Under the pieces are notes generated by a model, which searched no databases, was not told where the DNA came from, and was given only the letters and a program-made list of their open reading frames with translations. 64,000 nt of DNA, from assembly GCA_964016885.1 (NCBI GenBank), contig OZ024740.1, forward strand, positions 193,006,001-193,070,000. The letters are read 5' to 3'. The position numbers and the translations under genes were made by a program. Each line of letters starts with the position of its first letter. Positions within the stretch are counted from its first letter, which is position 1. Of this stretch, positions 13,902-24,700 are shown piece after piece. This DNA comes from Eledone cirrhosa (Eukaryota).

Positions 13902-14300
13902 AAGTGTTAAAACGATCAAATTTTAGTTTAGAACATTTATTTGCTGACAATTGTTTCTTCCGGAGGGAAGTCTGGAATCATCGGAGCATAAGGAATGTCG
14001 AAACATGTTACTAACATCCTAGTCATTTAGAACATTTAGGGTACATACTTGTTATTAGTGTCAAAGGGATCATGTGGAGAGTCACGAGTTAAAAAGATGT
14101 TCTGCTTGAGAGAACACAATTACTGTCAGCACTGGTTGGAAGTGTAATAGATATAAGTGAAAGGCACAAGCAAAAAAATCACAAGCAAAAAAAACACAGA
14201 CAAAAACGTTATAAGCAAGGAAAATTCGTGTACAATGCATGAGTCAATACAGTCAATAAGACATCTATTAGGAAAGAGTTATAATGCAGTTGAAATAAAC
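13897..14300 (-). mobile_element. PLE-type terminal repeat with variant hammerhead (13942-13988); opposite-orientation copy at about 22040-22420
   Basis: Minus strand: tgct CCGATGA ttccag acttccct ccggaa GAAA caattg TC agca. The copy at 22328-22374 has a perfect ttccaga/tctggaa stem II. Confidence 0.7.
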
Positions 14301-15043
14301 ATATATTATGTGGGGTGTTAGAGCATGTTATAATTGTTAATAAATGTTTAAGATTGTGTACAATTTGTTAGAGAGGCATGTGGTGATAATGTAGGTATTT
14401 GTTATGTAAGGTGTAATGCAAAGCATGTGATAGAGTTGGGTATGTGATGTTCATTTAAGTGCTTTTGTGTTGTAGTTCATATGTATGTGTATGTATTGTT
14501 TGTTACTCACAGCTATTAACCATGGGATTATTTTCAGTCGTTTATAGTCAATAGGTGTTTGTTTGTTAAATGTAAATTCCGCCGAATTACTGGCCATTTT
14601 GTTATTGTAGGTATATTATTTTATGCGTTTTTGATCTACAAATTATGTTTTCAAGTGTTTTAGTATTAACCGTTATTAAGCTGTTGGTAAACCGTTATTT
14701 TGCTTAATTTTATAGGTTTCCACAGGAAGTTGTAAAGGGGTTAATAACAAAGGGAGGTAATTAAGGTTGTTGATAAATTAAGGGTTGTTTTAATCTTGTG
14801 GTAGTGTTATAAATTTATCTTTATAGATTATATAAAATAATATATCTTCTCTATATATATAAAACGTTAGATGTATGTCTGTGTGTGTGTATGATTTTTA
14901 TGCATTTCCACATTTCCCTACCGATTATTTCTTTTCCAATGTGCTCCAAAGTTACCAGGGCAGGTCAACGCATAATTATTTTTGCCAAAAGTCTCCTGCT
15001 TCTATGAAAAAAAAAATCGGTAAAACTAAATACATGCTGTAAG

Positions 15044-15344
15044 CCTCTCTCTTACACGCTTCATTCCTCTCACTAATCTCAATCTCCTCTGCAACTCTCT
15101 TTAAAAGGTTACTGCCTCCGTCTCTGAAGGAACGCGACACAAACTTTGATAACCCTCTCTCTTACACGCTTCATTCCTCTCACTAATCTCAATCTCCTCT
15201 GCAACTCTCTTTAAAAGGTTACTGCCTCCGTCTCTGAAGGAACGCGACACAAACTTTGATAACCCTCTCTCTTACACGCTTCATTCCTCTCACTACCCTC
15301 AATCTCCTCTGCAACTCTATTTAAAATATTACTGCCTCCGTCTC
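15044..15344 (+). repeat. 110-bp tandem repeat (about 2.7 copies) inside the Helitron
   Basis: Unit cctctctcttacacgcttcattcc... starts at 15044, 15154 and 15264. A further duplication lies at about 15442-15505 / 15554-15623. Confidence 0.95.
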
Positions 15345-15759
15345 CATTATAGTTTAGGTACACACTTACATTTTACATCAAATAACAAATATTCAAAAGC
15401 AACAGATGAATTTATAAAACAACAAACGTAACAATAACGACCTCTCTATAATTTAACTGCTTTACTCTCTCTGTCGCTCTTCACTCCCTATATGACAACA
15501 CTGCAGAGAGAGAAACAATGTATATGATCAATTGGAGCGTTCCGTATATTCATCCTCTCTATAATTTAACTGCTTTACTCTCTCTCTCTCTCTCTCTTCA
15601 CTCCCTATATGACAACACTGCAGTGGAGCGTTCCGTATTGAGCGTTCCGTATCGACATACGGCTTATCTGGGGCATTTCCAATCGGCTTATTGCAAATAA
15701 CAACCCGCAAAATAACACTTCATATAACAGATTAATTCCTGAGACATATGAATCGGAAT

Positions 15760-17580
15760 GTAACCCGTGAACATTTTCCTGGGCAAAATTATTCGAACAG
15801 ACATGACCTCATTGCCAGAGTGTTCAGACTGAAACTCGCTAAACTCATGGTTTTAATAAAAAATGTCAGGTATTTGGGGCTGTAAAATGTGACATGTTCA
15901 CCGTCGAATGGCAAAAACGAGGCATGCCACATGCTCACATTGTGATTTGGTTAGCTGATAAAATCAATTCAAATGCCATAGACAGCTTCATTTCGGCTGA
16001 AATGCCTAACCCAGCAACTGACCAGGAATTACATGACATCGTCAAGGCTAACATGGTCCGTGTGCGTCGGGTCCTAATGAGCACCACACGTGTTTGAAAG
16101 GGGGGTCGTGCAGTAAGGGCTACCCCAAAAAATTTGTTGACGAGACTCAGACTGGTGGCGATGGGTACCCTCTGTCCAGGCGGAGAAGGCCCGAGAACGG
16201 TGACTTCACCGCAACAGTAAAGGGAGGTCAAGTCGACAATAGATGGGTGGTCCCTTACTGCATGCATCTCTTGAAGATGTTCAACGCCCACATCAACGTT
16301 GAATTTTGCAACCCCGTCAAGTCTATAAAATACATATGCAAATATGTAAATAAGGGCTCTGATGAGGTCACAGAATTCCTGGCGGGGCGGTACATCAGTA
16401 GCAATGAAGCTTTTTAGCGCCTATTTGGTTTCCCCCTACACCAACGGCACACCGCCATCGTACAGCATGTGGTACATTTGGAAAATAGGCAAAGGGTTTA
16501 CTTTACAGACCAAACCGCCACCATCCTGGCCGCCGATCTGAAAGAGACCACTCTGACAGGTGTCTTCAAACTTTGCCAGTTCGATACATTTGCACAAACA
16601 ATTGTGTACTCCCAGGTTGCATCCTACTTTATGTGGTCGAAAAACACTTGGGTGCGAAGAAAGTCAGGTCAGGCGGTTGAAAGACATCCTGGTGTAAAAT
16701 TTAACAGCAGTCTTGCATGGGTTTACACTGTGCCCCTAAGTCAGCATGAGTGCTTTCATCTCCGTCTTCTTCTGCATGAAGTTGTAGGCCGACAAAGTTT
16801 TCAGGACCTCAAAACTGTTGATGGAGAAATATGTGATACCAGAAGCCTGCTTTAAGCGTGGTTTTTGGAAGATGATTCGCAATGGGATTCCACTTTAGCA
16901 GAGGGTGCTTTGTTGAAATCACCTAAAGGTCTACGGGAACTCTGCCATTTTGCTTCGAAAGTGTGAATTGGGTGATCCCAAATCTTTATGGTTCAAGTAC
17001 AGAAACTTCATGTATGAAGATTTCCTGCGCCTGGCTCATCTACAGTATCCTTCAGTGGTGTTGCTTACAGCGGCATTATCTACAACAGGGTACTCATTGA
17101 TATCGAGGACGCCCTTCTCGACATGGGTGGGAGTGAGTTGGCGACGTATGGCTTGCCGTCAACCGTCACAGATGAAGCTAACACGTTGGCCCCGGATTTG
17201 TTGCGGGAAACAGCACATGACATCGAATCGCTTTCCCAATACGTGGAATAAAATGAGCCCAAACTTATGTCGGACCAAAGGTTGGCCTATTTAACTATCA
17301 TTGACGCAGTTCAAAATCAGACTGGGGTTATTTACTTTCTCGATGCTCCTGGGGTACCGGAAAAACTTTTGTAACAAAATTGATTCCTGCTAAGATTCGT
17401 CAGGAGAAAGAAATTGCGTTGGCCGTTGCATCGTCCGGGACCGCTGCTACTTAGCTGCCGAGAGGCAGGACAGCACATTCAACCTTTAAACTCCCCTTGG
17501 ATTTAGTAAAAACTGAGACACCAACATGCAATATCAGCAAGAGTTCACACGAAGCTCTGGTTCTCAAAAAATGTTGCATC
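15760..17580 (+). pseudogene. Helitron RepHel remnant (HUH Rep + PIF1-like helicase motifs)
   Basis: RHDLIARVF, VEWQKRGMPHAHI (HUH motif), DNRWVVPY, AHINVEFC..KSIKYICKYVNKG, RYISSNEA, LRLLLH, FLDAPG/TGKTF (Walker A, frameshifted), AVASSG.AAT..GRTAHSTFKLP. Confidence 0.92.
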
Positions 17581-17940
17581 AGAGCCACCATCTTGCAACT
17601 TTGGTCTGCTAAATTCGCTATTGGAAGATTATTAAACCATCATTGATTGTCCAACATGCTAATAGGTTCGTAACTTTTAATAACCGGTTCAACTGCTTTA
17701 TGCACTTATTTGATAAGCTTATTCGCTTTCAATCCACGTTTACCTGTATGTAACTTTTCATAGCAAATGAATAAACCCAAGCAACGCCAGGCTAAACTGC
17801 TAGTTGGTTATATAATTGTTATCTTTTAAACTTGACTGAAGGGGTTAAAACATGATTTTACTTAGTTTATTATTACTAGATAGTGTTTACATAGTTTGGA
17901 TATGTATATATAATATAAGATATATACATATGTGTGAGAC

Positions 17941-18043
<103 letters not shown>

Positions 18044-18084
18044 AAATATACACGGGTGTGTATGATTGTGTATAGAAGATTATT

Positions 18085-18812
18085 TTAATAAAATGAATTC
18101 CAACTTTGTCTGATTCACTCGCTATATTTACAATCCTTTAAAATTTATAATGGTATTATAATGAAATAGTATGATAGAATATTAAATGTTAAGTGTTAAT
18201 TGAACAAGTATTTTCATGCTTTCTTAATTTTTAGGTTCATAATATGTGGTGACAAACTTGACTGTCACCACACATTATGAACCTGAAAATTGCGAAAGCA
18301 TGAAAGTACTTTTTCAATTAACACTTAACATTTAATATTCTATCATACTATTTCATTATAATACCATTATATATTTTAAAGGATCGTAAATAATTGTTTC
18401 TACTTTTGGCACAAGGCCAGCAATTACCCAGTACATTACTGGTACTTTATTTTATCGACCCCGTAAGGATGAAAGGCAAAGTTAACCTCGGCGGGATTTG
18501 ACCACAGACCGTAAAGGGACGTAACTATGCTGGAAAGCATGGCGTCCGACTCTCTACTGATACTGCCAATCCACTTGTAAATAATTGTTTCTACGTTTGG
18601 CACAAGGCCAGCAATTACCCAGTGCATTACTGGTACTTTATTTTATCGACCTCGTAAGGATGAAAGGCAAAGTTAACCTCGACGGGATTTGAACTCAGAT
18701 CGTAAAGGGACGTAACTATGCTGGAAAGCATGGCGTCCGACCTTCTACCGATACTGCCAAATCACCGCCATAAATAATGCGACTAAATCAGACAAAGTAG
18801 GAATTCCTTTTA

Positions 18813-18816
<4 letters not shown>
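18085..18816. mobile_element. Foldback PLE terminal-repeat element (same family as 4914-5100 and 57335-57515), right arm interrupted by SINEs
   Basis: Arm 18085-18254 is the reverse complement of 18263-18392 plus 18770-18816. Degenerate hammerheads at 18201-18239 (-) and 18278-18316 (+). Confidence 0.85.
18387..18770 (-). mobile_element. Tandem pair of SINEs with taaataat target-site duplication
   Basis: Two units of about 190 bp, each containing tactggtactttattttatcgacc..gtaaggatgaaaggcaaagttaacctcg.cgggatttga. The element strand has a B-box-like gagttcaaatccc. Confidence 0.85.
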
Positions 18817-18849
<33 letters not shown>

Positions 18850-18861
18850 AAATATACATAT

Positions 18862-19436
18862 GGTGGCTGCCAACTCGTTTTCGAGTACGGCCACTACTTT
18901 ATATCAATGTAGGAGAACCCCTACCGATGCGCTGAATGAGTGGACTTTTTAGTCCAGCCAGCGACTTGAAAACTCTGGTACAAACACTACACTTGTGAAA
19001 ATTATTGACACATAGTGCTGGGCCCATGGTACCATGTGACGACAAGTGCAGAGAGGTCTCCAGATATAAAGCAATGCCTGTGCTGTGAAGCTTTTATAGT
19101 GAGCAAAGGCACTGCACTAAGCCAGTCCCACTCTCTTAACCAAGATGATATTTACCAAAAAGAAGAACAAGTCAACATCATTGGATATCATCAGGGTTGC
19201 AGGTGTTATATCAGAGTTTTCCATCTCCTAGAATTCAGCCTTGACAAAGGCTAAGGGGTCATCTCTCCCGGTGATTTTGGATGGCCATTGACTCTTAAGA
19301 GCTCCTCTGCCCTTTGACAGGTTTTGTTTTTAGACCTGCAGGATGTCCAAAGTCACCCTCCTCATCAAGAAACCTTGGTGGGGTTGCCAGTTTAGTCGCC
19401 AACAACCCGACCATGGGACAGGTTGTACTGGGATAC
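18862..19436. repeat. Unclassified interspersed repeat of about 570 bp; second copy inverted at 36161-36771
   Basis: gtggctgccaactcgttttcgagtacggccactac... matches the reverse complement of 36200-36771 along its length. Both copies sit between (TA)n tracts. Confidence 0.85.
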
Positions 19437-19463
19437 ATATATATATATATACACACACACACC

Positions 19464-19558
<95 letters not shown>

Positions 19559-20387
19559 TGGTAAAAGGAAAAGAAAATGCTGACAAATTGTTCCCAGTGA
19601 AAAATAGTTTAATTAGTAATAATTAAAAATTAGTAATAAGTATTGGTTAGTATTGAATTTTGGTTTTAAGCTTTTACCGGTTGCGCATTTCTAATGCTTT
19701 TCAAAAATAATTTTGAGATAGAGCGCCCGTGATGTTTGCTCTAATCTGATCGGTTTTTGAAATTCAACCTGTTTTATGTCAAAAAAGTGGCTCCAGAGGT
19801 ATTAAAATAAGTTTCGCGCCAATTCGTGTTGCAAAAATTCTTGTGGTCAAAGCAATTTTGATTGGTGGGTAGAGGTCACGTGAATGTTAAAAATTGATTT
19901 TGCGCCAAATGTAGGTTTGTGGAAGAGTGTCTATTTTCGCCTGATTGAAAAGTCACTGAAAAATAAGTCTTTTAAGACAAATATGTGTGTGTGTATGTGT
20001 AGTAAAGAGGTTCATTGTTGTGATAATGGTCAGGAGGTATGTGTGTGTGAATTGCAGTCATGTTGACAGGTCAACAGATACATACATACCTAGAGATTGT
20101 GTAGAGATAGTAGAAGTTTTTTTATGACAGGATAGTGGGTTGCATAATATATACTGGAGTACTTGGTGTTATATACACGGTTGTCTGCTATTTAGTTGAT
20201 GTATATGGAGAGTTTATTAGAGTGTCTATATTATTTAAATATTTTTATTGTATCAGGTAAGAGATCAAACTGAATCTAGGTTAGTGAGATCTTTTAATTA
20301 AGGTGAAGTCCTATATTCATGAAGGTCTAGTTGGATAAATTAAAGGTGGTGGTTGTCTAGTGTTATATCTGACATTGGTCTTTATTT

Positions 20388-21402
20388 TTATTATTATTAT
20401 TACAGTTGCATTTATCTTGCTTTATGTTCATACGAGTTATCACCAAGTCACCACCAGTGACCTCAAGAGACAACAAGGTCCGCCATGTTCAAGAAAGAAC
20501 ATACATACTCACACATGCATCTTTAGTGTTTAGACTTGTGATGTACTTATATTGACAGAATCTTCCTTAGTATATGGGCAGTTCCCATTAGTACTATCAT
20601 TTGTATTTCTCCTATACGCGGGTTTACTGGGATTTGCGATAAGTAATCATTAGACCCCTTAGGTATCATTCCCAGAGCGCCCACAAACACTGGTATTGTT
20701 TTAGTTCTCAATTTCCACATGTTTCCAATTTCTATCTCCAGGTCCTTATACTTGCTCAATTTTTCAAATGTTTTTATATATACATTCTTGTCTATTGGAA
20801 CGGACATATCAATTAGCAGGCATACCCTCTTTTTAAAGTCCTTCAATATTATATCAGGTCTATTTGCATTTATTTTTCGGTCTGTTTGGATGCTAATGTT
20901 CCACAAGATTGAGATGTGATCTTTTTCAAGTATGGGATGCTCCCACCAATTCTTTTGATGGGGCAGGTCAAAATGCTTACACATTATCCAATGTATGTAT
21001 TGTGCAGCTCTGTCATGCCTGTTTAGGTATTCGGTTGGAGCTATAGGACTGCACATTGAAATTATATGGTCAATGGTCTCTGGTTGTTTTGTGCTTACAC
21101 GGCATAATGGGCTGCATCCATTTTTTATTATGTTGGCTTGGTAATTTTTTGTTGGCAGACACTGATCTTGTGCTGATATAATCAGTCCTTCAGTCTCCGA
21201 TTTCAGTCCAGAGGATGCCAACCACTGATGGGTTAAATTTTTGTCAACATCAGGATTGTTAGCTCGCTCTGGGTATTTTCCATACAGAAGCTTTTCTTGC
21301 CATTTCTTAACCAGTTTCTGTAGCAGTTCTTTCTTTGCAGTTACTTTTACCTGCTTTGCTTTTTCTGTGTTTTCCATTTCAGCAGTAAATGGGACTTCTG
21401 AA

Positions 21403-21450
<48 letters not shown>
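20388..21450 (-). mobile_element. R4/Dong-clade LINE 3' end (zinc knuckle + restriction-like endonuclease), 5'-truncated, inside (TAA)n
   Basis: ORF 20547-21377: LKSETEGLIISAQDQCL, CR...ETIDHIISMC, YLNRHD, NRPDIIL, LIDMSVP, EKLSKYKDL, IPVFVGALG. (TAA)n on the element strand at both ends. Confidence 0.92.
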
Positions 21451-21451
<1 letters not shown>

Positions 21452-21454
21452 GTT

Positions 21455-21950
21455 ACTAGATTTGAAGTAGTGGAACGAGAATCTATGGTAATGTGGACAC
21501 GCGTAGAAGATCTCTGATTTCCTATTTAGTAGGCTAAGGTTAGAGTGAATAATATTTTCAGACTCGAGGATGCAAAGGTTACAATATTAATAAGTGGTCT
21601 ATATGAAGGGGCCTTAGCTATCACTTCCCATTTTAAGGTGTATAGTATATTACTTGATTTTAATGAGTCTATGTATGTGGATAGTGAGGTTACGTTTCTA
21701 AGTTCAGGGACTCTCAACGAATTAAGTTGTGAATTATATCTAGTCTTAAAGCTATTTGATGTTGAGCCTATATATACTTTCGAGATGTGATTAGCGGTTA
21801 CGGTAACGGAGTAGACAAAGCCTTTAATTAGGCAGTTCTTATTTAATGGGCATGTCTTGTTAGGCCTACAAATACAATGTTTTGGTAACTAGGATACTGG
21901 TTATTTGAGTGATTGTTTCTGTTTGTACTTCTAGTATTATGATTATGGTG
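21455..21950 (-). mobile_element. PLE fragment: Cys-rich linker + GIY-YIG endonuclease
   Basis: Minus-strand translation CICRPNKTCPLNKNCLIKGFVYSV...VYIGSTSNSFKTRY...TSLSTYI..LK..LKWEVIAKAPSY. Confidence 0.8.
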
Positions 21951-23119
21951 AGTATTATTATTATTGTTATTATTATTGTGACTTGTTGTATGGTCTTGTA
22001 CTGTGTATATGTTTATTTCAACTGAATTATAACTCTTTCCTCATACATAACTTATTGACTGTATTGACTAATGCATTGTACACCAATGTTCCTTGCTTAT
22101 AACTTTTTTGCCTCTGTTTTTTTTTTTTTGCTCGTGATTTGTTTGCTTGTGCCTTTTACTTATACCTATTACACTTCCAACCAGTGCTGCCTGTAATTGT
22201 GTTCTTTCAAGCAGAACATATTGTTAACTCCTGACTCTCCACATGATGCCTTTGACACTAATAACAATTATGTACCCTAAATGTTCTAAATGTCCAGGAT
22301 TTTAGTAACATGTTTCGACATTCCTTATGCTCCGATGATTCCAGACTTCACTCTGGAAAAAACAATTGTCAGCAAATAAATGTTCTAAACTAAAATTTGA
22401 TCGTTTTAACACTTTGTATCTCGGCTCTGTAAAACACTTGAAAATTTGCATGAACCTTTTGTTTGTCATACCGATAACCGGCTAGTACTTAATACTGCCC
22501 TACGTATTTATAATTATATCAAGCATATATAAATATAGATATAATTATTACTATATATATATATATATATATATAATAGTGTGTATATAGATATGTATAT
22601 GTGTATATATGTATGAATATACATATGGATGGCGGTAGTATACAGACAGATATTGATAAATATATAAACTGTCGGATATATAATTTAATTGACCGTTTGA
22701 TACATACAATACCGTCATGCATTGTCTACTCATTAAATCCAGACCTGAGGAATAGGTTTTTAAAAGGAGGTATATCTCAATGATACCGAGGAAAGAAACT
22801 AATCATAATATTATATATGATTAAATTTTCTACTAACACGCTCCTCACGACAAATCTTAATTACGCTCAACTTTCATATCTTTTCTCGTAGGTAAATTTG
22901 TGAAACATTTCATTTTCCAGTCCACTGAGCTGCACCATCGAATTGTTCTTTGCTGGCATGCCCGTGGGATTATATCTCAGTTGATATGCCATTGCTATTG
23001 CCAGATCACTAGAGGTTACTTGCGTTTTCCTGTTGTAGTTCTTATTCGTCTTCTAGTTGTTGTTTTACACTGCTGTTACTGCAGTAACTATAGGATAGGA
23101 ACGAATTTATTATTATCAG

Positions 23120-23330
23120 GGCAGTGTATTGGCAGTATCGGTAGAAATACGGACACCATGCTTTGCAGCAAAGAGTTACAGTTCTTTATTGTCTGAGTTC
23201 AAATCCCGCCGAGGTTAACTTTGCCATTCATCCCTACGGGGTCGATAAAATAAACTACCAGTAATACACGGGGATAATTGCTGGCCTTGTGCCAATAGTA
23301 GAAACAATTATTATCATTATTATTATCATT
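23120..23330 (+). mobile_element. tRNA-derived SINE (octopod-like family); other copies at about 23450-23660(-), 23695-23970(-), 25400-25630(+), 25745-25935(+), 27740-27860(+), 28833-28940(-), 50200-50350(-), 57850-57942(-), 58660-58848(+)
   Basis: A-box-like tggcagtatcgg, B-box gagttcaaatccc, conserved body ctttgcc.ttcatcc.tacggggtcgataaaataaa.taccag, and tail ggccttgtgcc..agtagaaacaattatt. Confidence 0.85.
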
Positions 23331-24434
23331 TGCTAAGAATTGTGTGATTTTCACGATCTCTACTTTCCATTATCATTCTGTGGATGTGATGATCTTCATT
23401 ATACTATTAGTATTAATGATCAAGATGATAATAATGATGCTGATAATAATAAGGGTTTCTTATATAGGCACAAGGCCAGCAATTTTGTGGGAGGGAAAGT
23501 CGATTAAATCTACACCAGTTCATTACTGGTACTTTATTCTATCGACCCCGTAAGGGTGAAAGGCAAAGCTAACCTTGGTCGGATTTGAACTCATACGTAA
23601 AGGGGTGTAACTCTATGCTGCAAAGCATAGTGTCCGGCGCACTACCGATTCCGCCAATCCCCACTTTTCAATAATAATGATAATAATAATAATGGCTTAT
23701 GATTTAGGCACAAGGCCAACAATTTCGGGAAAGGGAAAACCCGATTAAAACGACCACTGTGTATCACTGGTGATAGTAATGGTTTCTAATTTTGGTACAC
23801 GAGCAGTAGTTTTGGGAGAAGGGAATAAGTGATTATTTAACGGGTATTTACTTAATCAACCGCAGATAGAAAGAAAGCAAAGTTGACTTCAGTGGGATCT
23901 GAATTCCGGACGTAACGAACAGGTCCTATATGAAGCATTTTTTCACACGGACCAACGAAACTGCCAATCGAACACCTATTACTCTGATGTTGGGAATGAA
24001 GTGAAGGAGCATAGGAAGGAGAAATATTCACATTTCGAATAAATGACACTATTTTAGGGAAGGAGTATGACTCCAGTTTGACATATTCTTTTGGTCAAAT
24101 TTGAACTTCTTTTTAACAAAAGAGACCTGACTGGATAGAACATTTCTGAGGGTATTTCTTAATTCAGTAACATCAAACTGTGTAGGAGCATTTGTAAAAA
24201 GCAAAACAACTATAAACTAGTTCGAAAATGTTCCCCAGCGTAATTATTTCATGGAGTCATGAAACATGAATAGTAACATCATAGTCGCTACGACTATTTC
24301 GATAATGTTGTTCGATCAGACGAATAGTTTACTCGTTAGATGAAAATGTAGGTGCCAGAGTATTCTACAGAATCATCCATAACATAACTCTCAGGCAGAT
24401 TTAACGTAACACAATATGTCAAAATGACGGACAG

Positions 24435-24700
24435 AAAGGCGCACGATTTAATTTTTAAGGTGCTTGATGTACGATCGTAATGTCGTCGGCTCTATTCCTG
24501 GACAGGCTTCTACATTTCCTCCCGGAGCAAAACACTTTATCTCACGTTGCTCAGAGTACACTCAGTTGAGAGTGAGTGTCAGCAGAAGCTGGGAGTTTAA
24601 TCCTGTGGGAGACGGCGTCATATCCAGGAGGCGTCTTGTAATCCCAGTCATTTAACGTCAAGTAAACCGGGGATAATATACCGACCTGATGAACATTCAG
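24435..24700 (+). mobile_element. Old tRNA-derived SINE of a second type (degenerate)
   Basis: tRNA-like head (ggcgcacgatttaa...gtcggctctattcctgga) followed by ggagcaaaacactttatctcacgttgctc and aaaccggg, typical of deep SINE cores. Confidence 0.45.

Larger units (their letters stand above)
14845..17803 (+). mobile_element. Helitron, internally deleted, with decayed Rep/helicase
   Basis: A|TC 5' end (tcttctctatatatataaaa). 3' imperfect hairpin cccaagcaacgccaggc then CTAG|T at 17800-17804. Coding remnants lie inside. Confidence 0.92.

Noticed and set aside
15044-15344. Regularly spaced repeats as a CRISPR array
   Set aside because: The 110-bp units are contiguous with no unique spacers, lie inside a Helitron, and have no cas genes nearby. 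The context is eukaryotic.
22900-23196. 98-aa ORF as a host exon
   Set aside because: It has acceptor-like sites but no good donor, no recognisable homology, and its 3' part runs into a SINE.
23120-23215. tRNA gene
   Set aside because: A/B-box-like motifs run straight into a multi-copy SINE body with no complete cloverleaf.
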